Assembly: GCA_973895155.1 (NCBI GenBank) | Contig: OZ316899.1 | Location: 62,001-126,000 of the forward strand | Length of the DNA stretch: 64,000 bases | From: Marsupella aquatica | Lineage: Eukaryota > Plantae > Marchantiophyta | Reading direction: 5' to 3' | Part shown: positions 11,003 to 24,160 of the stretch, piece after piece | Layout: each line of letters starts with the position of its first letter | How positions within the stretch are numbered: the first letter of the stretch is position 1 | Notes under the pieces: generated by a model | Told to the model about the DNA's origin: nothing | The model's database searches: none | Seen by the model: only the letters and a program-made list of their open reading frames with translations | Position numbers and translations under genes: made by a program

Positions 11003-11887
11003 AAAATAGCAAAAACCAAAGCAAGCCAAAAAAATTCAGCTTTTTCCAGGAAGAAAAAAAAATTTCACCTCCAGGAGGGAAGGAAAAAAACTTCAACTTC
11101 AGGCGCTAGGGAAAAAATTAAACCTGAGGGGAGGGCAGGGAAGGAAAAACAATTTGAGCTTCAAGAAAGGGAAACTTTAAGATTTTAGACAATAGGAAAA
11201 CTTCAGGTAAGGTAAGAGTCAAATATTTTTTTGTAGTATTTGTAAATTAAAGTCGGGAGTTTTGAACGTATCTATTCTCTTCAGTGAATTTATTTTGGCT
11301 ACCTTGTTCCCCAGAAAGGCAAGCATTACACTGCATCGGTTGAAGTGCAAAGAAGATAGGACTGTATTTTCTTTCCTGGGTATTGACCAATAGACACATT
11401 ATTAAAATATGGGGTACCATTTATTCTAGTAAACAATTCTCTCATTACATTCAATATAAATGGACCCTAAACTCCCCCTACCCCATTCTGGTGTAGTCGT
11501 TTATTTTTACCGTCAACCCTAGATTTTTGGAACCTAGAAGCGACATGTGAGGCACACTTCACATAAATCAAAATTTATTTTTTCCCGGTCCCACATGACC
11601 TGCCAATTTTCCCTTGCATTGGACATTGGCATTTAGATAAAAAAACACTACTCAAATAGATGATTGTACAACATAACAAATGTGCTGTACGACACCTCAT
11701 TTGTGGCCAAAAACTCATTTGTGGCCGAAGACTGTTTGTTACATTCCTACTTTACCTAACCTGCATGATTACATCATGTCGTCGCGCACGTTTATAGTCT
11801 TTGTGTCCATGTATGTAAAACCCCACATTTTTACAGCCCAGCTTAGTACATTTCTTAATACATTCATTCATACTTTAATTAATTATT

Positions 11888-12295
11888 GGATTACCCCGGC
11901 ATTTGCTTCGTATCTATGCGTAGGATACCCCGGCATTTGCTTTGTATCTATGCGTAGGATTACCCCAGCTTTTGTATCCATGGGTATGGCCAATTTCCGA
12001 ACGTTAACCTTACTAGTACTTTATTAATTATAAGATTACCCCGGCTTGCGTTTCGTATCCTTGTGTAGGATTACCCCAGATTTTGTATCCATGTGTATGG
12101 CACAAATCTTGAACATTAATTAATGTATATTTATTGATGGATAAGATTACCCCAACTTTCGTATCCGTGTGTATGGCACAATATCCTAAGATTAACCTGT
12201 CTAGTACATTGCTTCGTGATTGGATTACCCCGAGGTTCGGACGTATTCCTAACATTAACCTTAGTTGTACATTACTCGATTATTAGATTACCCTA
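11888..12295 (+). repeat. ~35-bp minisatellite (GGATTACCCCGGCATTTGCTTYGTATCTATGCGTA) with degenerate extensions
   Basis: Units at 11888, 11923 and 11957; the ATTACCCC motif recurs to ~12295. Second copy at ~32517-32925. Confidence 0.9.
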
Positions 12296-12779
12296 AATTG
12301 TACACATATATGGCCCAATTTCCTAATATGAACCATAATACTGCATTACATGACCTCCACTTTTGTATCTCTTATTGACAATGGCCGCTTATCATGTAAA
12401 CAGAGTCAAGAGTGTGTGGTTTTCTCAAAATACCCAGCCTTGTTCTTTTTCTTTAAATAGTGTTGTGTGGGTTTATCAGAATACTTGGCCTTGTTCCTTT
12501 ACAGATGAACACCTATTAAGATTAAGAGTGTACCAAGGGTTAGCACGAGGTGCAATACAATGCCCACAACATGATAGATTAGGCAACCATACTACCCTGT
12601 TGTGCCTGTTTGTTCCCAAACAAACCTTCACCCCTAACCCCTACTAGAAGGTTGCCCATTCAACCTCCTTACAGTAGCAGGCTGAACAGAAATCAACATT
12701 GATTCTATATCAATCAACATCCGCCACAATGTTAATTCACTTTTTGAAGAGGGGAAAAAAAGTTCAGTTGAATTCAAAA

Positions 12780-14200
12780 TGGTGAATTCTTGCTCAAGCC
12801 AAAAACGTCATCCATTACACAAAAGTTTCTATTCATGTAAGGAAATAGTTCTTCAATGTTGAACGAAGACTTCTCTGAGCAACATCACATCATGTGCTCA
12901 GCGTGAAGAGTCCTGGTGATAAACTTGCTGCTGGTTTCTACTCCCCAAGGGATCCAACTTTCAGCTCCCGTGCACCTGCAGTGAGAGGTAGGTTTTAATT
13001 GAACTCATGTATCCTCATCCGATCACTACAAGCAATTGCAATGTCAAGGTAGCAACCATTTCAGCTACATCTTAAATGGCCATATGTTGCATCACCTACA
13101 ATCATCTATACAAAAGTTCAGCTTAGTTACGCTTCAATTTTGTGTACGAGGATGTGTAAAATCTGCCAATGAACTATAACAGTAATAAGAGCACCAGACT
13201 TTGAGCTGCTCACCATCTACAGGGGATATTTGTGGACCACATTATACCCAAAGCGCAAGTTTTTAGTGTTGCACCCACAAAACTCACCACCTACACCATG
13301 AATTGATGACAAATCCAATTAATTTCACCATACACACAAGAGAAGACAACAGTTCCAGCTTATTGTGGGAATACCACACATCCCGAGTGGTACTGAATAT
13401 GCAATCAATGAGGTCACACTTTTGCATCCATCCACAGCAATTCACCTTGCAATCATGAAATGGCGAGACCGTACCCTGCCTGTCATTGTGCTTTTGGTAA
13501 ATTTTGCCAAATGCACCTCAGCTTCCTCCTCTTTGACTGTTGTTTTCGGGTTCAACAGTTGTATCCCCTTCACCAGTTCATACAGGATGTTCACTCCAGT
13601 CCACCGTCTCATTGGAGGAGTCCAAAACAACAGCTGACTCTTGTTCCGGCTCGAGTTGGGGTTCTGGGAAAAGCTCAACTTCAAGGTTGGGTGCTATACC
13701 CTTGACCTCATGCCAAGTCACCTCCCATAAACTGTACCCACTTATACTACTCCGTTGCACAAGGACTCCTTCTTTGTGCATGATAACAACTTGTTCTTAT
13801 ACTACTCCGTTGCACAAGGACTCCTTCTTTGTGCATGATAGCAACTTGTTCTTCAGCAACTCAGGAATGACATCTTCCAACTTTTCACTGCTTTTTCCCC
13901 TCAGTCGGGGCTGAATCTACATATCCAATCGGCCCACCACAGCCAGCCATATTGCTCAAAAACTAGGCAGCTAGCCCAAAGAGTTTACTGTTCACTTGCA
14001 GCACAATCTTGGACAATAACCGGGAAATCAATTGCAAGGGCGCATCCATACCACGATACTCTATGGGTAGATGTCTGACACCAACATCCAACACATCATG
14101 AAGCATGACAAACATAACCTGGTGAAAGAAAAGGCCACATATTGTTAGAGGAAGCTGGACATTATATGTAGAGGAGGATATACACCGCTGCAATCACAAT
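12780..14200 (-). pseudogene. Possible degraded multi-exon gene of unknown family
   Basis: Protein-like fragments occur on the minus strand (e.g. KGIAPNLEVELFPEPQLEPEQES, KEEEAEVHLAKFTK, GDATYGHLRCS*NGCYLDIA) with plausible GT/AG sites, in-frame stops and a frame-breaking 55-bp tandem duplication (13741-13850). No family was recognised. Confidence 0.3.
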
Positions 14201-14621
14201 ATGGTCAATTTCCGAACTTCCTTTCTCTCTTCTGCCCACATACTCGTGTCAGAACTTGTGCTATGCAAAGCCATATCTCACCCACTTGTTATGTGCCCAT
14301 AGATGCATCCTTTTTTAGGCCCTGTGTGGTGCATACACTATCAGCATTCTCGTCACCTACATCTCATATCCAATGGGAGTAAACCTTAGCCTACTTCAAA
14401 TACAATTTTACAGAGTGACCCGCTAAAACATGTACGGCACATACACACCTCTTTGCACACCACCAACTGGAGGTTTTGCAAATGCTTGGGCAACATGGTG
14501 GTAGAGGATGTCATTAGCTCAGCTCAAGTGGCCTCCAATCACTTGTCATAATTGTAAGAGTCTCAAAGCCTGCCTCAAAAGCCTCTAGATGGCGAGCAAT
14601 GTGCCTTAATTTGTGAATGCT

Positions 14622-17600
14622 CTATCGTCTCGGCCTTCCTACTGCCTGTTGCCTAGACAACCTGAGTCGCTCCTCTTTCAGTACTTCCTGCAATATTGCG
14701 TTATCCTTTTTTCCGCTACTCAAACTTCCGTGTACGCATTCATCAATCAGTGTCCTCTTTCTCTGTTGTACATGCCACAATGTCTCCTCAATAGTATTCC
14801 TCATTAGGAAATGTGTAACAAACACTTCTTTTGTCTGCCCTAGACGATGAGTTCTGTCCACTGCTTGATCTTCTGCTGTTGGATTCCACCATATATCTGT
14901 AAAGAGTACATGATTGGCAGCCGTGATATTTAATCCCGTATTGGCAGCCTTTAATGACAGTAGGGCGACTTGTATCTGAATCAATCCAGTGTAGTGAAAT
15001 GCTTAGTGAGTGACCGATGTACAATTTCTCAAAAACATGCACCAAAACAACCTATATGGGGTGCTTTATGCATACCTGGCGAGATTCGGCAAAGTCTCTC
15101 AGATTTTGGTCACGCTTCTCCAAACTCATGCTCCCGTCCACCCTTGTGAACTGGATGTTTGCACTTTCAAGAGTTCCTTGTAACAAGTCAATTAAGCCGG
15201 TCCATTGAGAAAACACAATGGTCTTATCGTCACTTCCAGACTCTCGCAGCTCGTTCAAGTAAGACATGACACCATCAATTTTGGGTGATGGCCCAGAAGT
15301 ATGAAAACCGAGAATTTCCAAGTCCTCCTCTGCCAATTCAGTGCCAGACGACGTACATATATCACATACTCTGTACACCGTACTCCATGAAATTTGCTGC
15401 TTACAGTGTGGTGCTCCGCATATTATGTCCTCTTCCAGCGGATCAAAATAACAAGCTGAACTGGAACAGTAATAGTGACCACAGATGGAAATCATGGGGT
15501 CATCAAAAAGCTCACCCTGAAAATATTACAAAAATGGACTTCAAAGTTAGTGTGCAATGTCAAATGTTTCACCAATCGCCACCGGTTGAACAACACTCCC
15601 ACGGGGTACTGGATTTACAAATAGGATTTACTATGTGCGAAAAATCACCTGGCACTTGTTACAAGTCACCCCTTCTGGAGCATCCAACAACTTGTTTACC
15701 AATTCGCCTGAACGGACTCCATCGGGTTGGATCTTGGGAGTATTCACACTATCTTCTTTTTCATTGTGAAAGACAAGGTCACGATGCCCACAGTGGCGTC
15801 TCATTCTCAGCATCAACGACAGCAATTTAGCTTTCTCTTTCTTATTTCCCTTCTGTGAAGCCCACAAATCGACCCGGTTGAGTAATTGTACAAAACAACA
15901 GGGCAACCACGGTATCTGTGCACAATTGAAGAATGACAAAGTACACCCACATAGGGTGGGCCAAACTTTGGACATACCGAGTCTTCCGCTGCACTCCTTG
16001 CCTCTAATTTCTTATACACTATGGCATCGCCTTCAACTAAAAAGTCGAGATGAGCTACTCTTACATGCTTCTTAGGTAGATTCAGGATACCTGCAAACAA
16101 AATATGTCCAGCTATAAGATTGCATACAAACATACAACACATCGAAATCCATATGAAATTCAACCAATTCCAAATAATGGAAAAGTCCAATTCCAACACA
16201 TGTGAACATTGTAGTTGTAGTTGTCTTACTCTTATCTCTTCTCAATGTAATGGCCCTCAGCTCCTTGTGTAGTATTGCGTGTCCAGCTTTCCTACTTTTT
16301 GCAATATGCTGCCTCAAAATCTTGAACCGGTCTATGTCACAGTAAGGGGGGTATCCAAGAAATTTGAAATAACTGTATGCCTCCCAAGTAGAATTTGACA
16401 CAGGAGTTCCACTTACACACCATCTGCTTCTTGCATGTAGGTTGCAAGCAGCTAATGCTCTGCCACTCCTATGGTTTGAGATTGCCTGACACTCGTCTAG
16501 AATCACCCTGTACCATTGTACCTGCTCCAGGCAAGGAGGCAATGGATCCTTCGTTTTCTTGGGTGTTGGTTCCACAGGAATTTTTTGACTTAATTTCCCT
16601 TTCCTTCTCAGTGTAGGTGGGTCCGCAGTGGAATGTTGGGCGAGAGTGCCATAAGTGGTAATTATAACATCGTATAAGGCCAACTGCTTTGGATCCATAC
16701 ATCTGTCCGACCCGTGAAATATTAACACCTTTACATTTGCCCTTGCAGTAGTTTTAGTGGTAATCTCACGTTTCCATTGAGTCATAACACTTCCAGGACA
16801 AACGATAAGGGTCTTGCTTCTGGGTGGTCGATTGGTGACTAAGAGTGTAATCAGTTGAATTGTCTTCCCCATTCCCTACCAACAAATACAGTTAGTTCAT
16901 TTCATGCAATGGGGAAGAAAATTCCAAGTTCACACCACAAAACACATGATGACCCTGAAGTCAATGCGCAGCCCACTCAACATTAGGAAATGATGTGAGC
17001 TTTAGGGTTTTACCTGGTCATCTGCCAAAATACCCCCAAAACATTCGGAATCACCACTCTCCCTTGACAACATCCAGAATAGACCTTTCCGTTGATGTTG
17101 ATAAACTGTCACATTTTGCATAAGCCCATCTGGTGGGCTTGCTTCTCCTGTGAAGTCCCTATCATCGATGTATTCCTGCAATGGTCACGGAATAACAGTC
17201 AGCCTTCTTAACCGGCTCTACTTATCCAAACTGAGTATTTGGACAAGATGCTGCGACATGGTTAGTTTACTCACTCGTTCCTCTGCTTGCGAAAAAGGTT
17301 GGACTCGGACTCGGGGAAAGTCCATCTCTGAATCTGAATCTGAACAGGAATCTGCGATTGTACGACGCACGGAGGTAGCGTCAATGTCAACATGATCCAA
17401 GCTATCCCCTTCATTATCAAAAGACCACAATAGTTGTCGCCTTTTTGGGGGGTCCTCCAAATTAATACGAGTCATTTGCGAGACCACAGATGGAGAACAA
17501 CTTGCAAACTCATCCCTCTGTACGCGATTTTTACATGGCACTGGCACTGTTGTCATTTCATTGTTGGAGGTTGAACCAAGTAATGGACGTCCATGAGCTT

Positions 17601-20600
17601 GCCTCTTTGGTTCCGCGATGAACGGTATAACTGGTTCAGCGTTCGACACTTGCTTTCTCTTCAAATTCCTCACTGTACATTCCAACTCTTCAACCTTTGC
17701 AAGAGCTATGTGCAATTGGTCATCCTTGAATTTTAATTCTACTTTCTGAGTCGAAATTATTTGTTGCAAGTCTACATTCTCGCCCAATCTACAATGCACC
17801 TGTTCAAGCTCTGCCATTGTACGCTCTAAGTCCAATTTCAAAGACTCCACGTTAGTGCGCTGAGTATTGCGTTCGGCAGTGCACTTTGCTACCTCATTTC
17901 TCAGTTCCCCCATGCACATTTCGTTCTCCTTCAAAGCTTTGTGAGCAATTGCGTATTCCGCCTTCAGCCTTGTCTGTTCTACAAGTGCTCGTTGAAGGTC
18001 TTCCAACTTGCTCTGTGACTCTAATCTGAACAACTGAAGTTGTGTGCTCACATCATCTCGTTGTTTAGTGCACCCTGCAAGTTCACTTTCCAATTCTTCC
18101 ATGCGCATTTGGATATCCTTCAAAGCACATTCAGCACCTAAACATGATTCCATGCGCACTGCCTGCTCTACAACCTTCCGTTGAACATCTTCAAACTTGC
18201 AGTCTGACGACAATTTCAACAACTCAAGTTCATTGATCGCGGCATCTCGTCCTGCAACACACCTTTCAAGGTCAGCACTCAATTCTGCCATGCGCGATTG
18301 GTCCTCCTTCCAACCTTGTTCAGCAGCTTGGTAATTGTCATTGCGCTTTGTCACCTGCACAAGCTTTTCTTCAAGGTCTTTCAACTTCCATTGTGACTGC
18401 AATTTGAACTCTTCAAATTCGCTGGTGGCCGCATCTCGTTCTGCAGTGCCCATTTGAAGTTCAGCACTCAATTCTGCCAAGCGTGATTGGTCCTCCTTCC
18501 AACCTTGTTCAACAGCTTGGTATTCGTCATTGCGCTTTGTCACCTGCACAAGCTTTTCTTCAAGGTCTTTCAACTTGCATTGTGACTGCAATTTGAACTC
18601 TTCAAATTTGCTGGCGATAGCATCTCGTCCTACAGTGCCCATTTGAAGTTCAACACTCAATTCTGCCATGCGCGATTGGTCCTTCTTCCAACCTTGTTCA
18701 GCAGCTTGGTATTCATCATTGCGCATTGTCACCTGCATAAGCTTTTCTTCAAGGTCTTTCAACCTGGACTGTGACTGCAATTTGAACTCTTCAAATTCGC
18801 TGGTGACCGCATCTCGTTCTGCAGTGCCCATTTGAAGTTCAACACTCAATTCTGCCATGCGTGATTGGTCCTCCTTCCAACCTTGTTCAGCAGCTTGGTA
18901 TTCGTCATTGCGCTTTGTCACCTGCACAAGATTTTCTTCAAGGTCTTTCAACCTGCATTGTGACTGCAATTTGAACTCTTCAAATTTGTTGGTGATCGCA
19001 TCTCGTCCTGTAGTGCCCATTTGAAGTTCAACACTCAATTCTGCCATGCGTGATTGGTCCTCCTTCCAACCTTGTTCAACAGCTTGGTATTCGTCATTGC
19101 GCTTTGTCACCTGCACAAGCTTTTCTTCAAGGTCTTTCAACTTGCATTGTGACTGCAATTTGAACTCTTCAAATTTGCTGGCGATAGCATCTCGTCCTAC
19201 AGTGCCCATTTGAAGTTCAACACTCAATTCTGCCATGCGCGATTGGTCCTTCTTCCAACCTTGTTCAGCAGCTTGGTATTCATCATTGCGCATTGTCACC
19301 TGCATAAGCTTTTCTTCAAGGTCTTTCAACCTGGACTGTGACTGCAATTTGAACTCTTCAAATTCGCTGGTGACCGCATCTCGTTCTGCAGTGCCCATTT
19401 GAAGTTCAGCACTCAATTCTGCCATGCATGATTGGTCCTCCTTCCAACCTTGTTCAGCAGCTTGGTATTCGTCATTGCGCTTTGTCACCTGCACAAGATT
19501 TTCTTCAAGGTCTTTCAACCTGCATTGTGACTGCAATTTGAACTCTTCAAATTTGTTGGTGATCGCATCTCGTCCTGTAGTGCCCATTTGAAGTTCAACA
19601 TTCAATTCTGCCATGCGTGATTGGTCCTCCTTCCAACCTTGTTCAGCAGCTTGGTATTCGTCATTGCGCATTGTCACCTGCACAAGCTTTTCTTCAAGGT
19701 CTTTCAACCTGCATTGTGACTGCAATTTGAACACCTCAAATTCTCTGGTGACCGCATCTCGTCCTGCATTGCACATTTCTTGTTCAACACTCAAATTTGC
19801 CATGCACGATTGGTTCTCATTCCAACCTTCTCCAGCATCTTCATATTCGTCATTTCGCATTGTCTGTGCCGTCAACTCCCCTTCAAGGTCATCAATCCTG
19901 CCTTCTAACTTTGATTCCGATGACTGAAGTTTACATTGAATAGGTTGAGGTTGGGTTTCCCTTCTTGTAGTACCCTCGTTGCCAACATTTGGCCCCGATA
20001 TAAGGCTTTCCCATGAAAATCCCCAATGTAGCAGCAACTGTGTAATAGCAGTCCCACAATAAGCGGGGAACGCCTTTGACTCACGAACATTCCTCATACC
20101 CTGAAGGTGTTTCTTGAATTTACTTATTTCCAAAGCCAATTCATCGTAAACTAAATCACTCCAATCTGGTAGCAATTTTGGCACAGGGCCTGCTAGTCTT
20201 TTTCCCTTCGGCAAAGTACCACACAAATACCAGTAGAAATAACTCAATTGTTTTGCTGATAACTGTGAAGGCTTCTCCTTACCCAGCAGAATTTCCTGCA
20301 CCACTCTAATTGCCCCAGACCATCTATCATACGGAGCTCTCAAAAGCTTTAAACTATAGGGATTCCCTCTTATTCGTGGACGAACAAACAAATCATTGAA
20401 TTCAGGACAGTGCATTCTCTGCCTATACTTGGCAAATGTACCAGATGGCAGCTTGAATGCCGCACGTAACACATCTTGTGTGATTTTCAATGAACATCCT
20501 CGGAATTCACTGGATTTTGATGCATAATCAAATCCCAACACAAACTCCTTCACCCCACATACGGCTGTTATGTTGTAATCAATCCCAAAAGTTTGTTGCA

Positions 20601-20739
20601 GACCAAGGTTGAAAATCATTGACGATCGAGTTGGATCACCTCCCACCAAACTGCGAATTCGTTCCGGTGTGCAGGAATGCCACAACGTTCCAGTGCCGCC
20701 TGTTTCAATTCCAACCCACGGATTGTCAAAATGTTCCAC
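14622..20739 (-). CDS. Predicted chimeric protein (~1794 aa): transposon-associated N-domain, coiled-coil repeats, and RAD5/RAD16-subfamily SNF2-RING-helicase
   Basis: Exon model: 20739-17275, 17175-17014, 16875-16230, 16090-15978, 15852-15649, 15516-15076, 14975-14622. All introns are GT-AG and 99-139 nt, and the total of 5385 nt stays in frame. SNF2 motifs: EASPPDGLM..HQRKGLFWM..GGILADDQ|GMGKT, TLIVCP, DVIITTY, VILDECQ, RWCVSGTP, LLSLMLRMRRHCGH, RING CNKC..CGHYYC..CGAPHC, KTIVFSQW, RVDGSMS, LNITAANHV..WWNP..QAVDRTHRLGQ. The SNF2 part is secure; the exon 1 to exon 2 junction is predicted. Confidence 0.8.
18250..19761 (-). repeat. Coding tandem repeat, 8 x 189 bp (63 aa = 9 heptads)
   Basis: RDA codons are spaced exactly 189 nt apart (19761 to 18249). 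Units 2-3-4 recur as 5-6-7, and about three degenerate units follow. Confidence 0.95.
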
Positions 20740-21269
20740 ATATCATCACTAAACCGCAATGCAAAATTCAACTATATGCAATGACGACCAACTATTAAGT
20801 ATTGTAATCCAAACCTTCCTTTTCCACCTCCTTGTAGGGCTGGACCTCGTCGTAAGGTGACTCTGCCTTGTCCTCCATGTTTTGGATCTACTGTCCTTGA
20901 AATTCACTTCTGTCGTATGAAAGGTAGTCCAATTAAGTAAACCCTAATCCTATCACCAACACATTGCCGTGAGCAACTCATGAGGCTTACTCGACGGAAG
21001 GAGGGTATTGACACACAAGGAGCCTCTCAAAACATGACAGATTCCATTTCTGCAAAGCTGCTTGTTGCTCTATTGGATGTTGTCAATCCATGTACTTAAA
21101 CTTAAACTCCCTGTTGTGAAGAAACATTCCCTTTGTTATGAAGCGTCTTGTCCAAGTCACTGCCAACCTTTCTGGAATCCGGAAGATGCGAACTAAAATG
21201 CTCCTATATTGTCAGCACCCCATAAGCACCAAAGTTGTGCATAGTTGGTGCTCGGGTAAAGGGCGTTGT

Positions 21270-22450
21270 ACAGTCCTTCTGTATTACCCGAGCACACTGT
21301 GGCTGTGCGTTATAGAATACCCCATCCCTCGTACCCCCAACCTTCAAAATACTGTAATTTGATACATACATACCCTTCGGTGCACATTGACATTGTTTTG
21401 CATTACCCCAGAACATGGTGGCTGTGGGTTTTGGAAAACCCCATCCCTCGTACCCCCCAACCTTTAAAATACTGTAATTTGATAATACATGTACCCTTTG
21501 GAACACATTGGCACTTGTATTACCTCATGGTGGTTGTGCGTTTTGGAATACCCCATCCCTCGTACCTCAACCTTCAAAATACTGTAATTTGATACATACA
21601 TACCCTTCAAAGCACATTGGCACTTGCATTACCCGAGCACTTGGTGACTATGCATTTTGGAATACCCCATCCCTCGTACCCCCCAACCTTCAAAATACTG
21701 TAATTTGATATATACATACCCTTCGGAGCACATTGGCACTTGCATTACCCCAGCACATGGTGGCTGTGCATTTTGGAATACCCCATCCCTCGTACCCCCC
21801 AACCTTCAATACTGTAATTTGATACATACGTACCCTTCGGTGCACATTTACATTTGCATTACCCCAGCACATGGTGGCTGTGCATTTTGGAATACCCCAT
21901 CCCTCATACCCCTCAACCTTCAAAATACTGTAATCTGATATATACATACCCTTTGGAGCACATTGGCACTTGCATTACCCCAGCACATGGTGGCTGTGAG
22001 TTTTGGAATACCCCATCCGTCGTACCCCCCAACCTTCAAAATACTGTAATTTGATATATAGATACCCTTTGGAGCACATTGGCACTTGCATTACCCCAGC
22101 ACATGGTGGCTGTGCATTTTGGAATACCCCATCCGTCGTACCACCCAACCTTCAAAATACTGTAATTTGAAACATACATACCCATCCGAGCACATGGACA
22201 TTTGCATTACCCCAGCACATGGTGGCTGTGCATTTGGAATACCCCATCCCTCATACCCCTCAACCTTCAAAATACTGTAATTTGATATATACATACCCTT
22301 CGGAGCACATTGGCACTTGTATTACCCCAGCACATGGTGGCTGTGAGTTTTGGAATACCCCATCCCTCGTACCCCCCAACCTTCAAAATATTGTAATTTG
22401 ATACAAACATACCCTTTGGAGCACATTGACATTTGCATTACCCCAGCACA
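21270..22450 (+). repeat. ~116-bp tandem satellite, about 10 copies
   Basis: The CCCCATCC anchor occurs at 21320, 21439, 21551, 21665, 21781, 21895, 22011, 22127, 22242 and 22358. Copy 2 is at ~41330-42510. Confidence 0.95.
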
Positions 22451-22789
22451 TAATTATATACAAGCCATCCGGATAGTGCACTTGTGATGCCCGTTGAACT
22501 CAAATTGCCATCGGAAGCTATATATATGGACAGATTGCTTGACAGAATTCCACAATTACTTGTTATACTGTATAGTTGATATATTCTTGTGTTCATTTTT
22601 CCTGTCCATTTGGAAATTGCACAAATTAACAAAAGTATCCATAAAGGTCTGTCATCGTAGAAAGTGATGACATCAAGTCAATTTTGAGCACTCCCTCGAA
22701 GGTGTAATTGTTCAGCATTTGTAAATACCTCGCACTATATATCACGACTGTACACATTGAATTAGTTCTACTCAGCCATTTCCCATGTC

Positions 22790-24160
22790 CAAATTTGAAT
22801 GGTGACACTTTTGATACTAACGGAGTTTAAAGGTTTCAACATGAATGCTATTGCTGCAAAAATGTTTAACCGGAAATGTTATGGGAGTTTACGGTTTAAC
22901 CGGAAATGTTATGGGAGCCTACGAGCAACGAGCACATTAAGGAACCAGATTGAAGACGGGCAATAGGAATTCTAGAAGCCCAATACTTCCCGACCATAAT
23001 ACCATCCCAACCATGGCGCAGAAGGGAATTTGAAGGCGGCAAGCACATTAAGGAACCAAATTGAAGGCGGACAGGAATTCTAGAAGGCCAATGCTTCCCA
23101 ACTATAATACCAGCCCAACCATGGCGTTGAAAGGAATTTGAAGAAAGTGATGACGTCAAGTCAATTTTAAGCACTCCCTCGGAGGTGTAATTGTTCACCA
23201 TTTGTAAATACCTCGCACTATATATCACGACTGTACACATTGAATTAGTTCTAATCAGCCATTTCCCACATCCAAATTTGAATGGTAACACTTTTGATAC
23301 TAACGTAGTTTAAAGGTTTCGACATGAATGCTATTGCTGCAAAAATGTTTAACCGGAAATGTTATGGGAGTCGACTATGGTTTAACCAGAAATGTTATGG
23401 GAGCTAATCAGCCATTTCCCACGTCCAAAATTGAATGGTGACAGTGCTTTTGATACTAACAGAGATTAAAGGTTTCAACATGAATGCTATTGCTGCAAAA
23501 ATGTTTAACCGGATATGTTATGGGAGTCGACTACGGTTTAACCAGAAATGTTATGGGAGCTAATCAGCCATTTCCCACGTCCAAAATTGAATGGTGACAC
23601 TTTTGATACTAACGGAGATTAAAGGTTTTGACATGAATGCTATTGCTGCAAAAATGTTTAACTGGAAATGTTATGGGAGTCGACTACGGTTTAACCGAAA
23701 ATGTTATGGGAGCTAATCAGCCATTTCCCACATCCAAAATTGAATGGTGACACTTTTGATACTAATGTAGTTTAAAGGTTTCGACATGAATGCTATTGCT
23801 GAAAAAATGTTTAACCAGAAATGTTATGGGAGTCGACTACGGTTTAATCGGAAATGTTATGGGAGCTAATCAGCCATTTCCCACGTCCAAATTGAATGGT
23901 GACACTTTTGATACTAACGGAGATTAAAGGTTTCGACATGAATGCTATTGCTGCAAAAATGTTTAACCGGAAATGTTATGGGAGTCGACTACGGTTTAAC
24001 CGGAAATGTTATGGGAGCTAATCAGCCATTTCCCACGTCCAAAATTGAATGGTGACACTTTTGATACTAACGGAGATTAAAGGTTTCAACATGAATGCTA
24101 TTGCTGCAAAAATGTTTAACCGGAAATGTTATGGGAGTCTACGGTTTAACCGGAAAATTA
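22790..24160 (+). repeat. 153-bp tandem satellite interleaved with ~110-bp GAATTCTAGAAG-containing repeat
   Basis: The TAATCAGCCATTTCCCAC anchor occurs at 23561, 23714, 23867 and 24019. The 110-bp unit starts at 22933 and 23043 and recurs at ~24186-24400 and ~27310-27500. Copy 2 is at ~42850-44220. Confidence 0.93.

Noticed and set aside
17218-17274. ORF-track C-terminus VSKLTMSQHLVQILSLDK of the 1173-aa ORF as the true end
   Set aside because: It starts with a consensus GTGAGT donor and is better explained as intron read-through, although an unspliced isoform cannot be excluded.
21270-22450. CRISPR array interpretation of the 116-bp (and 35-bp, 153-bp) periodic repeats
   Set aside because: Whole units are repeated with no unique spacers, there are no cas genes, and the context is eukaryotic.
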